64,000 bases of DNA, taken from Leidyana gryllorum EB-2025a. Taxonomy: Eukaryota > Protista > Apicomplexa. The notes beneath the pieces are model-generated. The model made no database searches and was not told where the DNA came from. It saw only the letters and a list, made by a program, of their open reading frames with translations. The stretch covers positions 1,205,394 to 1,269,393 of the forward strand of contig JBLWGC010000104.1 of assembly GCA_048772705.1 (NCBI GenBank), in the 5' to 3' direction. Shown in pieces: positions 1 to 12,400 of this stretch (positions are counted from its first letter, which is position 1; the number at the start of each line of letters is the position of its first letter). A program made the translations under genes and the position numbers.

Positions 1-729
1 ATCTTCAGCAAATGGGTGGGAGAGAGTGAGAGGACTATCCGGACAATCTTTCGGTGAGTTTCGACTGATAATTGAAGGAATGAATTGACATTTGTGCACA
101 GTAAAGCTAGGCAGCACGCTCCGACAGTGATCTTCTTTGATGAAATTGACGCGTTGGGTTGTGATCGACAGTCTGGAGAAAAGGGAGGTGGGGGCTCGGG
201 GGTGGAGTCGCGAGTGTTGAGTCAGATGCTGAATGAGATGGACGGCATCGGGGCTGCCAAACAGGTTGTGATCATTGGAGCAACCAATCGTCCGGATCTC
301 TTGGACGCGGCTCTTTTGCGTCCAGGGAGATTTGACCGTTTACTATATATTCCGTTGCCCGACATTAGCGCCCGTCAGCAGATCTTCGCAATCCATTTAC
401 GGGGGGTGGACCTGGTGGATGAAAGCGCGTCGGATCTGGAGGGAGGAAAGCGGGTGGATGGGTGTGGTGGCTTGTTAACATGGTTGGGTGAGCAGAGCGA
501 GGGATACAGTGGGGCCGAGATTGCATTTATCTGCAAAGAGGTCCGCATGGCTAAGCTACGTCAGCTGATTCGGAGGGAGTCGACATCGGTTGAGCCCTGT
601 GGTGAAGACTTCAAGTTGGGGCGACAGGAGTTCGAAGAAGTCTTTCGCAGTATGAAGCCCAGAACTCCACCTGAGCTGATCGAGTTTTATACAAAGTATG
701 CTGCTGCCAACACCGGTCGCGCTGACTAA
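1..729 (+). CDS. AAA+ ATPase, CDC48/AFG2(SPATA5)-like, 3' part (second AAA domain)
   Basis: Exon 1-53 (IFSKWVGESERTIRTIF), GT-AG intron 54-101, then Walker B IFFDEID, SRVLSQMLNEMDG and ATNRPDLLDAALLRPGRFDR (second region of homology). 5' end lies outside the window. Confidence 0.9.
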
Positions 730-789
730 TTCAGCGAGTCACCAGATTAGACTGCTATGAGATACGGTTTGGTGTCACAGTGCTTGATG

Positions 790-813
790 GTCTGTCTGTC
801 TGTCTGTCTGTCT
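790..813. repeat. (GTCT)n microsatellite between convergent 3' ends
   Basis: About 6 GTCT units read directly. Confidence 0.85.
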
Positions 814-838
814 AACTAGGGTACACACATTGTTCCTA

Positions 839-1849
839 CTAAGATCTACTTTTGGGACGTTTGGGTGCGAGCCAACTTTGCAGTTGATCGGTGAGAGATG
901 GGGCAGTGACTGCGTGGGGAACCGATGGCGGCGTGGGAGTGGGCGAGGAGGGTTTGGAGAGTGGTGAAAGGAATCCCACCGGGGGAGGGACCGCATTGAG
1001 TGAGGCAGCTGACGAGGGTGAGTAGAGTCTGACGGAGTCTCTGTGACGTAGATCGTCGAAGCGGACAGTCCGATGCTATTCAGAATGGATGTCATTTTGA
1101 GGCTCAGTGAATGAGGTACAGCAATACCTTTGGGGTGGAGCGACCGAATATGGCATCATTGACTTGCCATATTTCTAGTGGAGGGGCTGCCCAGCGTGTG
1201 AAGCGGGCGCGTCGCAAAGTCTTGGATTTGATTCGAATATTAATTACTGCGCGTTGCACTGTGGAGCGAGCAGATGATCGCAGGGGAGAAGACGCGGCGG
1301 ACACAACAGGGGGGACGACAGTGTTCATTGAAGCGGTGGCACTATTCCACCACCGGTGCTTCTTGAGGTTACCAGCAGTCGCCGCAGCTGCTGCCGCCTC
1401 GAGTTGGCGGTTTTTCTCTTCCTCGCGGTTGAGACTCTCGCGGAGTTCTATCAGTGGATTACGCGGCCGCCAGATTTCGACGGAGCTCACTCTCTCGTGC
1501 TTCATCAGATCGACTCAGCTTTAGTCGCAATCGTGTACATTCTGTTTGGAGGAGGTTGACCTCTTGCTCCATCTGATCGATATAGTCGCACGCTTGTTCA
1601 TACTTTTCATTGAGGGGGGGCTGAAGGTTGCGTTGTGGTCGAGCCGAAGCTGGATTGTTCGACGGCGGAGGAGAGACATCGTAGTCCTGTAGAATGCCTG
1701 ACAGGTTGTTCAGCATAACCCGAACTCGATCAATGTCATCCTCCTCTGCTGCCGTTTCGACCAAGCCTCTCACTGATGACAGGGTCAACAGTACCAACCA
1801 CACAAGTGCACAGAGTATATATACCTTCACTGATGAGGTCTTTCAGCAT
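839..1849 (-). CDS. Hypothetical multi-exon coiled-coil protein (start uncertain)
   Basis: ORFs 1459-1830 and 1104-1505 join through a 43-nt GTGAG..TAG intron (1490-1448) into a continuous coiled coil (EARE-K-LRESLNREEEK). Further short introns lead to a Pro-rich last exon ending at TAG 839. Confidence 0.6.
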
Positions 1850-1947
1850 GCGTTGTGGTTGATAAGGCACTACCACTAAAAGGCTGGAAGGGGGAGAGCT
1901 TGGCCGTTCTCTCCTTATGGTCCTCTCGCGCCTCCACACACTTCACT

Positions 1948-1990
1948 GGCACGATACACGGTGGATCTGGCACGACACACGGTGGATCTG
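1948..1990. repeat. 21-bp tandem duplication
   Basis: ggcacgatacacggtggatct / ggcacgacacacggtggatct. Confidence 0.7.
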
Positions 1991-2114
1991 CCATCCGTGG
2001 GACTCCGTGACTTGCGGCTAATCGAGCAACCAATGATTCCAAGGGGGAAAAATTCAACAACAAAGTGACTGGTTCAATCAGTCAACTGCCTAACCCCCCA
2101 AATCAGGCTCCACT

Positions 2115-3476
2115 TTAGTTAAAGAGAGCAAAGACCGCTCCCAAAAAGATGGGAACAGACAGCAGGACGTTCACCTCGGCACCGCTCGTGGGCTGTCTGA
2201 GTGTGACACACCCAGAGTCCTCGTTGCGGCTGCGTTGTCTCGATTTGGCGAAATCGAATGAGGTCTTGACTCGGTCCTTGAGCTCATCAGTCATGTTATC
2301 AACGGCTTTGATAAGGTTGTGAGCCATACGATATCCAGTGAGAGCGATGCGCTCCTTGCTGGCCTTCACAGCAAAGTTGACGTAATCAGCGGTGATCTCG
2401 AATCGAGCGTCGCCGGTGCAGGCGTTTCGGCAGTTAGCGCTGAAGCAGTCAACTGTTGGTGGGCAATCTTCGGGTCCGCATCCGGTTACGGAGGCGGTCC
2501 GGTCCTCAGGTGCACAGAAATGCTTGGCGAAGGTGATACCTTTGTACACGTGGAATTTGTTGTAACGCTCTTGTGGGATCGCGACAAGAGTGAACGACTC
2601 TTTCATGATGTCGAGAATGGTGGCGTCCCGGAGCTTGAAGCCGGCGTCGATAAGAGTATTGTTGGGGAACTCTTTCATGATCTCGTCAACCTTCTCGTCC
2701 GTCTTTCCCCAGATCGTGAAACGGTTACGGGTCTCGTAGCCTCCCATTGCATCCCAAAAGGCGTGCAGATTCCTGATTCCCGCTTCCTCACAAGCGGGAC
2801 AGGCGCCCTGGGCAAATCGGACCGAGACGTAGTTGGCGCCTTCGTCGTGCATTCCACGACCAAACTCTAGGTGGTCTTGCCAGTTCCACAAAGCGGCAGT
2901 GTGGCACGGCATATGAAGGTCACCCAACAAATGTGTCTCATGGTGGAGGTTGACGCCCAGTGACCAAGGAGTCTTATCAATAGGGTCCAATTCCCTGCCC
3001 CACAATGCTGTTTCAGCGTTGTCCAAGGCGAACAGAATGGTATTCAGGGTTTGGTTGCGTAAGTAGTGAGCATCCAGAGTATCCAAAGCTTGCTGCGCCC
3101 AGTTCTCCGACCATCCAAGCTCCTTCACAGCGTCCTCGTCAACGTAAAGAGCGTCGTAGTAGTGGAAGCGATCCCACATCCGCAAGTGATCCAAGAAGGG
3201 GTAACCCAAATCAGGCTTAGCGGGGTTGGTGGAGGTATCGGTTTTGCGGCGTCGGTTCTTGACGTAATCCAACCAAGTCGCAGAACTCTGCAAGTCAGCA
3301 TGGCAAGGCCAGATGTCAGCACCGGCATAAAAAACATCGTTGACAGTGTCCAAGACATCCTTCCGGCCCAGAGCGACCAAGTGGCGAGCCGCAATCTCGG
3401 CCGACAAAACATGGGGACCGTCCCACCATGCAGACGCAAGTCCTGCAACCCCAAAGAGGGAAATGATACTCTTCAT
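2115..3476 (-). CDS. S1/P1 nuclease family protein, secreted, probable GPI anchor
   Basis: Signal peptide followed by mature N-terminal WWDGPH; WLD, HYYD, HLLGDLHMPCH, DEGAN and NLHAFWD zinc-ligand motifs; hydrophobic C-terminal tail; intronless. Confidence 0.92.
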   Translation of the reverse strand: MKSIISLFGVAGLASAWWDGPHVLSAEIAARHLVALGRKDVLDTVNDVFYAGADIWPCHADLQSSATWLDYVKNRRRKTDTSTNPAKPDLGYPFLDHLRMWDRFHYYDALYVDEDAVKELGWSENWAQQALDTLDAHYLRNQTLNTILFALDNAETALWGRELDPIDKTPWSLGVNLHHETHLLGDLHMPCHTAALWNWQDHLEFGRGMHDEGANYVSVRFAQGACPACEEAGIRNLHAFWDAMGGYETRNRFTIWGKTDEKVDEIMKEFPNNTLIDAGFKLRDATILDIMKESFTLVAIPQERYNKFHVYKGITFAKHFCAPEDRTASVTGCGPEDCPPTVDCFSANCRNACTGDARFEITADYVNFAVKASKERIALTGYRMAHNLIKAVDNMTDELKDRVKTSFDFAKSRQRSRNEDSGCVTLRQPTSGAEVNVLLSVPIFLGAVFALFN

Positions 3477-3511
3477 CCGCCTTGAGTGTCAACCAAAAAT
3501 TATACACTCTC

Positions 3512-4767
3512 TCAAGTGTTCTTCATAGATCCAAAACCGTCTGTGTGCGCCAACAAGTCCCTCTGCTCTCGTTTCAAAAACTCATCGACACACTCCCTCA
3601 CACTGCGACCCCCTCTCAACAGTGTCAGATCCTTCTCGTTCGGGATGCCATCAGCCACATAGGGTTCTGGGTAATCGGGCATGTAGTGTGGTACCCGACA
3701 CAGACGTCGCATGATGTCTTCCACCTGTTCTCCCAGTGCTGCTTCCTCACCACTCAGGCCCGTCAACCGCTCAAAATGCTCCTGCACCAGAGCCCGTCGC
3801 AACGCAATGTTCGAGGGATCGTTCACTCCTAATAGATTCGCGTCGGGGCGAATTGAGGAGCGAGCCACGGCGTGGCGACAAACAACAGGAGGCGGGCAGC
3901 CTGGACTGAGCAACTCCCCCACAACAACTGAGGCTGGCTCAAACCCCTCAGCCACTCGTTTCCCTGTACACGCCCCCCACACCAACGGGATTTCTGGTGC
4001 CAACATTGCACCCGCTGGAGCCAAGGGGCCAAGAAAAATCCCCTCTCTCCCAGCGATCGCAGAACCAGTACCCGAAGTACCGGAGGAAGGACTGCTTTTG
4101 GACCTCACCCCACTCTTCTTGGGCACCTGACCCTCGATGGAGCGACATGTCTCATCGGCAGCCTCCTCTAACTCCTCCATAGCAGCTGCAAATTGCTCCT
4201 TCTGCTTATTCATCACCGATAACCCCAACGGTGGCCACGGCAAGGTGAAGTCCGTCGGATCATCCACTGCCTCACTATAAGCTCGAAACACTCCTGGGTA
4301 CTCGCACTGCAACCTGAGACTGCTCTCTGGGTCTGAATCATCGAGTTAGCACAGACCGAAGAGAACTGACATTAACCTACCCAGTTCTCCCTCGAGCGCC
4401 ATCCGCTGTTCGCGAAGGACGCAGAGAAACTTGTTGACGTTGAGCAACGCGTCCCCCAAGGCATCGGCCAAAAGATGCTCCTTTCCGATCTGCATCTCTG
4501 CCTCCTCTGGTGTCTGCACAGCCACTGGCTGCCTGCAATACGTCAGTAATCACACTTCGCTTTCAACACAACTCACTTGAGCAAACCATCAGAGTCCGTG
4601 TACACAGGCGGCCCAGCGTACTCGGGAGTGAAGAATGTCAACCTCGGTGCCTCCCAACGCGTTCCGCTGGGGGCTGTCAACTTGGCCGATGGTGGCTTGG
4701 CCGCAACTGTTGAACGCCGTGGACGGCCCCGCCCTCGACGTTCTGAAGGTGGGCGAGTGTCCACCAT
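3512..4767 (-). CDS. Hypothetical protein with N-terminal AT-hook-like motif, multi-exon
   Basis: Exon MVDTRPPSERRGRGRPRR.. (ATG 4767), GT-AG introns near 4577 and 4380, final exon = ORF 3512-4312. Confidence 0.55.
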
Positions 4768-4796
4768 TGAATTTTCATACTTTTTTACTCGGACAA

Positions 4797-7141
4797 ATGC
4801 CATCACGCAGGCCAAAGTACCTCTCATCGGTCTCCAGTGATGAGATCCATCCTCTCGCAGTCAATTCTGAAAGTGGATCAGAGGGGCGGGGCGCCCCTCA
4901 CAATAAAGGCAATATGATCGGTGGACGTCACCGACGAGTTGGTGAGATTCAATCTGGACCAATGGGAAATCTACACTCTCTGTTTCTACAGACCATAGCC
5001 GCAGAGACGGCGGTAGCGAGGACAGCGGTCAGGTCATTGAGCTGTTCGACTCTCGCAGCCCATGTCACAGGCGCGCACCCGTTCCTGCGTTCGACAATAA
5101 TCGAACCGAACTCGCTTTTGAGTCGGATGCATCCAGCCACGCCTCCACATCCTCCAGCAGCGGCGAGTCTTTATCACGTTTCCTGGATCCGAACCACGAG
5201 GTCAAACTGGGCTATTTCACTCCAACGCATAAAGGAAGGGTGACAGTAACGCACTTCGGCTCTCGTCGCCATCAGGAAGTAAAGAATCAAGCCCCAACCA
5301 AGTCTTTTGCGGCTGACGATCTCATCTCCGCTTCGGATTCTGAGGATCTCGAAGGATTGGGCAGAGTTCATCGTCATCGGAAGCCGGGCGAACCCACTCC
5401 TCAAGTACCCCCGCCAGGGCCCCCACATCATCAAATGACCCCAGAAAGAGACCTAGAGACCCTCGGACGAGTACGGAAAACCAGAAGGCCAGGAGAACCT
5501 GACGATGAAGACTCCGAGAATATTGAAGGGCTCCATCCCGTCAACCGCAATCGTCGCGGATCGGATGAGACTGAGAGCGAAGACCTCGCGGGACTGGGCA
5601 AAGTCAATCGTCGTAGGGGAGAAGAGGAGGAGTCTGCTGACATATATGGAGCTGATCGACCTGCCGATCAACACGAAGATCCAGTGACAAGTTCAGAATC
5701 TCGAGAGGAGGACGAACAGCCGCCTTCTGAGGAGGAAATGACTGACGAGGAAGATGCCAGCCCGGGTGCTGGACCGCACTTTGATGACCGTCAACCTCGC
5801 CTGCCACAAGATGAAACCATCCCCCCCGAATATGCTGAGATCGCTAGGTCTCTGAATGTACCCCTGGAACATCTCCATCCTATCTTCTCTGACGAAGGTC
5901 TGATCATCCCACGTTGTTTTTCGGCCTTGAGATATCGCAACGATGTTATTGAGCAGTTCAGATGCAAGTTGGAGGTTTCACGCCGCGAACCCATCGTGCG
6001 CATGAACGTAATGGACCGGCCGCAGCGTCAACGACGTATTCTACTACCTGACATCCAGGTAAGCAAACTCAAGGGCAGGCACACGTGCGCGTAGACTGAC
6101 TGCGCTCACGTGTGTTCCTCCCGAGCACATGTTGCGACCACTTTGTCAATTCCCTCTTTCTGTTGCAGATCCTTCCCTCAACTTTACCTGAAAGTATTGA
6201 CTGCTTCAAGGACTATGTGTGGCCGGAGAAAGACCGCCAGTTGACAGAGCTGCGTCGTGCTCCGATAGTGATGGCGTCGTTCTGCAATTTGCGCGAACCT
6301 TTGTTATTCGTTTGCGCCACGGATGAAGAACAGCGAGCGTGCTACAACACTTTGTTAGTGATCACACATCTGACCAAGAAGCGGGATCAGGAAAGGCGGG
6401 CAGATTTTTCGAGAGGCGGGGTCGGTATGCAGTACCCCACTCCAGATCTGCCGCTGCCCACCGCAATGCGGAGCAAGAAAGCCCATAAATATTATCCGAA
6501 CATTGGGGAGTTCAATGAAAGGAAGACGCTATTCCGCAAGCAACTCGGGATTGCCGCGAAACGTCTGGATACTTTCAAGGCAGTGAAAATGTACATCAAA
6601 TCGGAGCAGGTTGGGGACAATGACGTATGGGTAAGTGAGGCTTGTTGTCGGGGACCGTGGGAGGAGGGGGCTCACCGCTCCGTGGTTTGGCTGGGTGCAC
6701 ATCGTAAGGTATATCGATGTCGGCTGTTTGCTTCAGGTGTCGTATTGGCTATCGGACAAGAGCAAATGGGTATCTGAGAAGAAGAAGGTGTGGATCCACC
6801 ACTACAGTCCCCATTTGATGGTCACTGATAAGAAGGGGCACCGTGTTCCTGGAGCTCTGAATCTGCTGAGTTATAGTTGTGCTCGTGAGAAATACGAGAA
6901 CGAAAAGAATTACCCGAGCGCTGTGAGGTAAGGTCGCTCAGTCACAGAACGAAACACCTGATACGTTGCCGACAGACGGATCAAACTTGCTCCGCACCTA
7001 ACGGGAGTCGAATTGTTGGATGTTCCCGGGAAACAAATGTTCTTCTCCTTCGAGACGGTGGAGAAATTGAAGGATTTCCAGCAGGTCATCGCAACACTTG
7101 GGTACATTCAGGAGTGGGACATACCAACTTCTTCGAGTTAG
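4797..7141 (+). CDS. Hypothetical protein: acidic low-complexity N-half, probable PH-like fold(s) in C-half, multi-exon
   Basis: ORFs 4635-5243, 5240-6094, 6112-6777 and 6635-6931 are linked by GT-AG introns; last exon ends ...EWDIPTSSS TAG 7141. Confidence 0.6.
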
Positions 7142-7176
7142 TGTCACTCACTTTTTCCGTCTTGGCAGTCTGTGAT

Positions 7177-9381
7177 ATGCCCGAAAATTCAGTCCATGAG
7201 GATGCCACCCCGATATCACAGCCACCAGACGCTAGTGCTAGTCTAGATTCTGATGATTCTGCAAATGATGTAGAGGAACCCTCCACCGAAGTTCTACCCA
7301 CCACCCGCAGTACTAAAATATCGTGGAAGGGCTTGGCCAAGAAAGTCCTGGTCTCGAGCGCCCAACCAGTATCGAACAAGGTACTCATAACCTCCTCCCA
7401 ATGGTATTCAAATATCGGTACCAAGGCGGCAATATGGGGTGATAACAGCGCTGCCACCGCCACCACCACAACCGCCTCCAGTAATAATAACAAGATGAGC
7501 ATGTCGCCTGTGATGGTAGGCACAGATTCGGGAGGCCCGCTTGCCCCCGACACGGCCACTCAATGTGTCTCGAGTGCGTACAAAGATGAGTACGGAGCCG
7601 AAGTCGGGCATCACATGATTGAAATTTGGGTCGACAAGATACTACCCAACTGGCAGTGGACTGTTCGCAGTCAACCCAAAGACTCCAAACTTCTCAGATC
7701 TCTCATCTCCCTGGGAGTTCCGTGCGACATTCGTGGGGAGTACTGGAAAAGAGTAAGTCTTGTGAATCGCTGGGCCTTTATTGGACCGAATGGAAGACAA
7801 CGATCTTTTATATTGTGGAGTTGAGCTTCTTCTCTCTCACTCAGTCGTGCCCGTGAAACCGTTCTCACTCATGTCCTCTCTGCACAGATAATTGGGAACC
7901 AACTATGTCTGAGTCCTGAGTATTACCGAATTCTCTTAGTGAAGGTGTCGGCAATACGAACAAGTCTAACGGCTGTATCTGCACGGTATGCATCGGGAAT
8001 AGCTGCAAGTTTTGCAGTGGCGTCGACCCCCAAGACCAGTGAGTGTCACAAGTCGGAGCCACCGGGCGGGTTGCCTCCGCTGCACAGATCGTCGACCGCA
8101 CGCGAATTCAGTGAAACGTCCACGCCCAAGTATTCTGAATTGAATAGAAGGTTCACCATTGACGGCACCCTGAGTTATAACAGAGGTTCTCTGTTAGCGG
8201 TGAGCCCTACATCAAGGAGAGCGGGTTGTGAGAGTCAGCAGGGCGGCGACACGAATGGTCCAACGGAGATGCAACTTGGCCCAGGGGATATGACTGCTCG
8301 GGGAAGTGTGATGAGAGGATCGGGGCAACCGGACCTGTCGACACCGGCGAGGTACGAAGTGGAGTTGGTGCGCAAATCCTTCGAGGCAATTGCGGTTGAT
8401 CTCCACCGCACAGTTCCTCGACATGCAATTGGGCAATCGGTGAGTCTCCTTGGGCGCGGCCGTTCCCTTAGTACATGTCGCTCCAGTCTGGCGTGCAGGC
8501 AGACACGGGACGTTCGGTGACATTGTCGCTGTCACTCATCGAGTCGTTGAGGGCGGTTTTGGAGGCGTTTGTGGTGTACAGACCGGACATTGGCTACGTG
8601 CAAGGAATGGCATACTTGGCCGTGACTTTCCTATTCGTGATGGACGAGTACTCAGCATTTGTTTGCTTCTCGAATCTGCTGGTGAGGTCGGTTGAGAGAA
8701 GTCGTATACCATTGCTGACACAGTTCCGACAAACTTTGAGTGCCTTCTACCGATTTGATCTCAAGACGATTAATCTCTATTGTCGAACCTTTGATCTCTT
8801 GCTGGAGCGAATCTGCCCAAAACTTGCTGACCAAATCAGCAAGTCGACTTTTACATCTGATGTATTTTTGATTGAATGGTGGTTTACTCTATTCACCAGG
8901 TGAGCGGTGTATGAAGCACTATGATGCGTGTTCTCCTCTCAGATCGCTGCCAAATGAGGTGGCGTACCGTGTATGGGATCATTACTTAATAGAGGGCGAG
9001 CTGGTACTCTTTCAAGCGGCACTGGGGATCATCAAGTGTTTGCGGTCTGAATTGGAAGGTCAGCCAGTGGAACAGTGTATGTTGCTGTTAAGTTCCAGCG
9101 GCGAAGGCACATTGACAGGGTTGACCTGCGAGACGTTCTTTGCCGCTGTGCGAAGTCTCAAACTGTCTCAACGTCGGTTGGAGAGGACAATGGCGGCAGC
9201 ACAGCAAAGTATGGATACAATGACGACCTTCCGGCCGGCTTTGGAAGAAGTTACCCGGCATCGACGCAGAGCGTCGCAAATGTCCTTTCTGTTGTCTGGA
9301 TGGGGTGGTGGCAATAGCCGAAAAACGCGCAAGCCCCCTCCTCCCCCCCCCGAAAGTCAGCTGTCTGAAAGCACTATGTAG
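7177..9381 (+). CDS. TBC-domain Rab GTPase-activating protein (TBC1D12/14-like)
   Basis: GVPCDIRGEYW, IAVDLHRTVP (Arg finger), GYVQGMAY (Gln finger), EWWFTLF and RVWDHYLIEG across spliced ORFs. Confidence 0.9.
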
Positions 9382-9401
9382 TCACAAAAAACCCGTTCTG
9401 T

Positions 9402-12400
9402 ATGGAGAGCCCAACCCGCGTCTCCCTGAGTCCATCACTGAAGCGATCAAGGATTAGTGGGGCTTACTGGACGAAGCGGTGGCGGGTAAAAGCGTACGAC
9501 AAAGCTTTCATTGTTGAACCCAATCTGACCCACTGGGAGGATCCCTTTTGTCAACGCGATGGGCTGCGAGAAGGAACCAATGTGCAAGATTTGGTGAAAG
9601 CGGGTCCGCCGCAACTTATCCTTCTGCGTCAGAAACCCGATATAGTGGAGATTCCCCACTCATCTCACTTGACTCTACCGAGAGGCTATTATGGCCGGTG
9701 TCAATGTACTTTGCAGGTAGGCAGACCTCATTTTGGATTGTTGTCGCACTTGAGCATCATTCCAGTTCGACGCACTTTTGGGTATTCTCAACATCAAGGC
9801 CTACCGCTTTCTTGTGTTGGCAGTTGACAGCGAGATTGTAGCGTCTCTGCCACCAGACTGCAGTCCTCTCGGCGTGTTGGAGGCTGACGAGAACCAGGAT
9901 ATTGTCCTCGAACGTTTGGCTTCAGTGTTTCCTCCTCAACGCCACATCCATGTCTGCGAGAACGTTGTGGTTCTTCCGTTCCACATACCCTCAAATATCT
10001 ATTTGGGAGTAAAACTCAATGTGGACATTACTCACACCAATGACCACTTGCGTTCTGCTTCTAATGAACATCGCGGATCCCGACGTGCATCTGCAACGGA
10101 CACCGAGCGCGTTCCGCGTACTTCAGTCACAGAGTACTACGAGGCGCGTGGGAAGTAAGTTCTGCACAACGATATCGACAACGACAACAAAATCCCCCGC
10201 TCCCCTCCTCCGTCTCGTCCCCTCTCTCACTTCCAACTCATCTCACTTTCCTCCGTAGACGGTCGCTGACGCCAACCCCTATCGAGCACAACGTGGATTT
10301 CCGAGTTGGTGACCAGGAGACAAAATCGATGGAGGATTTGCTGGGGGATGTGACCGCTCAGGTGCTGGAGATTGAGAAACTGCTGGCAAAGCGGACCTTC
10401 TTCTATTCCTATGATGTAGATTTGATGCGTGGTTTACAACGCCAGTATTTGGATTACAAGCAGAGAGACGTGCTGGCGGTACCCCAGCCGGTTCCAGTCT
10501 GGCACAAGATTTACTCATACCGCGACACTGCAAAAAGGCCCAGTCTCTTTGACCTGGGACCGTCCAAGTTTATCTGGAACACTGCTATGGCGCGTCCACT
10601 GTGGGAGCAAGGTACAGACAGTGCGTGGGTGACTCCGATAATTCAAGGTGAGACAGCAGCCAAGACACTTGGAGACGCCGTCATGCCGTTACCGCTTACA
10701 GGCAGCGTTGCGTCAACGTTTGTTAATATGGGAGACCAACTCTTGCGGATGCTTATCATTGGAAGACGTTCGTCAGCCAGAGGAGGCACGCGGTATTTCG
10801 CGCGCGGGGTCAACGAAGCCGGAGATGTAAGTGAGTGTGTTTCATGCGCGCCCAGGGCCGTCCACGATTGTCATTCCAGGTTGCCAACTTCTGCGAGAGC
10901 GAACTCCTGGCCTGTCTGTATGCTGCCGCTGACGAGTCTGATACCGCCAATAGCGCTGCGGACCAGGGGGGAAAAGCGGATCCCGGCTCCCCTAACCGTC
11001 AATTGCGATTCCCAGCGTCCAGCTTGGGACAACCCAGCGGCGGCTGGTTCAGCTTCCTCCAGATCCGAGGGTCCGTACCACTCTTCTGGGAGCAGAACAA
11101 CTTTGGGATCAACCCAGCGCCGAAAGTCACCGGATCCAACACCAGCAACATGAAAGCCTTCGTCAAGCACCAGAAGCGCCTGGAACAACGATATGGCAAA
11201 ATTCACTACCTCGATCTATTGTCGGCCCATAAACAAGGCGAAGTCAAAATATCCGAAGCCTTCAAGAGTGCACTGGAATCACACAAAGTCTGCAAACGAG
11301 CTGATTTGGTGGGGGTTGTTGGAGCTGATCAATGGACATATCGAGGTTGGGACTTTCACACGATGGTGAGTCGGACACGTTCAACCACCACGACCACTTC
11401 CTCTCTACAGACTCAACAGTTCGGGTTTGAAGACTCATTGGGACTGTTTAACGCAAAACATCATATCGCTGACTATTTGGCTACGGTTGGTCATTTCCAC
11501 ACTATCGGTCCCCGGCTGCAGAACGGCGTGTTCCGTACCAATTGCTTGGACTGTCTTGATCGAACCAACGTTATGCAGTGGTTCCTCTGTCAACGTCAGC
11601 TGATAGAATTCCTGAAGAAGACGCCTGCTGGTACTCAGGCGATAGCTGCTCAAGGCATCAAATACAGTACGTCTCCTTACAGCCCCAGGAGAGATTGTTG
11701 AATCGTTGCATTCAGATCATGAGCTCTATGGCTGGTTAATTCGGCAAACTGACGACGCCAAGGCGATCAACGCGTTTCTGACGGGAAGTCGTCCCACCGT
11801 CGTCTTGCTGCCACAACTCGTGCAGCCAAAACCAAGGTATTGGGGTAAGTGTCGACTCCAAAGAGACCTGTTTGCGTTATCTTCGCTGCTATCCACAGAC
11901 TATTCAGCTCATCTGAGAGTTCCCGCCCCTTTTCCGGATCCCGCAGGCGCTGTCAAGAAAGCATTCTACCGGCCGCCTCAGGGACCGGATCTGCCAGAAT
12001 ACCGAGTTTATTTTGTCGGAGGATGGACTGATGACTTATTAAGTATAACCTATTATCGGCCCGCGGAGCCCAACAAGACGGGTGGCGACGGTACAACTGG
12101 TAACGGAGTCAGCAGCCTCTCGCAGCCGCCCAAGTCCACCTTTACTCCATCGCTTCCTGCTCCGCCCGAGACGGACGTTGCTGCAGTGTCGGAAGGCACT
12201 GGCGCTCTGGAACATGGTCGCGGCTCAGATGATGATGGACCAGTGGTGGTAGGAGTTCCGTTGGGTGTGGTGGCTTCCAGTCCCGAAGGTCGAGTTCCGA
12301 TGACATACGTCATGAAAGACGCTTTCAGTTCTCTGTGGGCGGACTTGGGAGATCTGATCTCGGCGGCTTACACAGGCACTGGCTCGGTGCTGACCCCTCT

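Noticed and set aside
1448-1490. Apparent +1 programmed frameshift at GCG-TAA between two coiled-coil ORFs
   Set aside because: Fully explained by a canonical 43-nt GTGAG..TAG intron.
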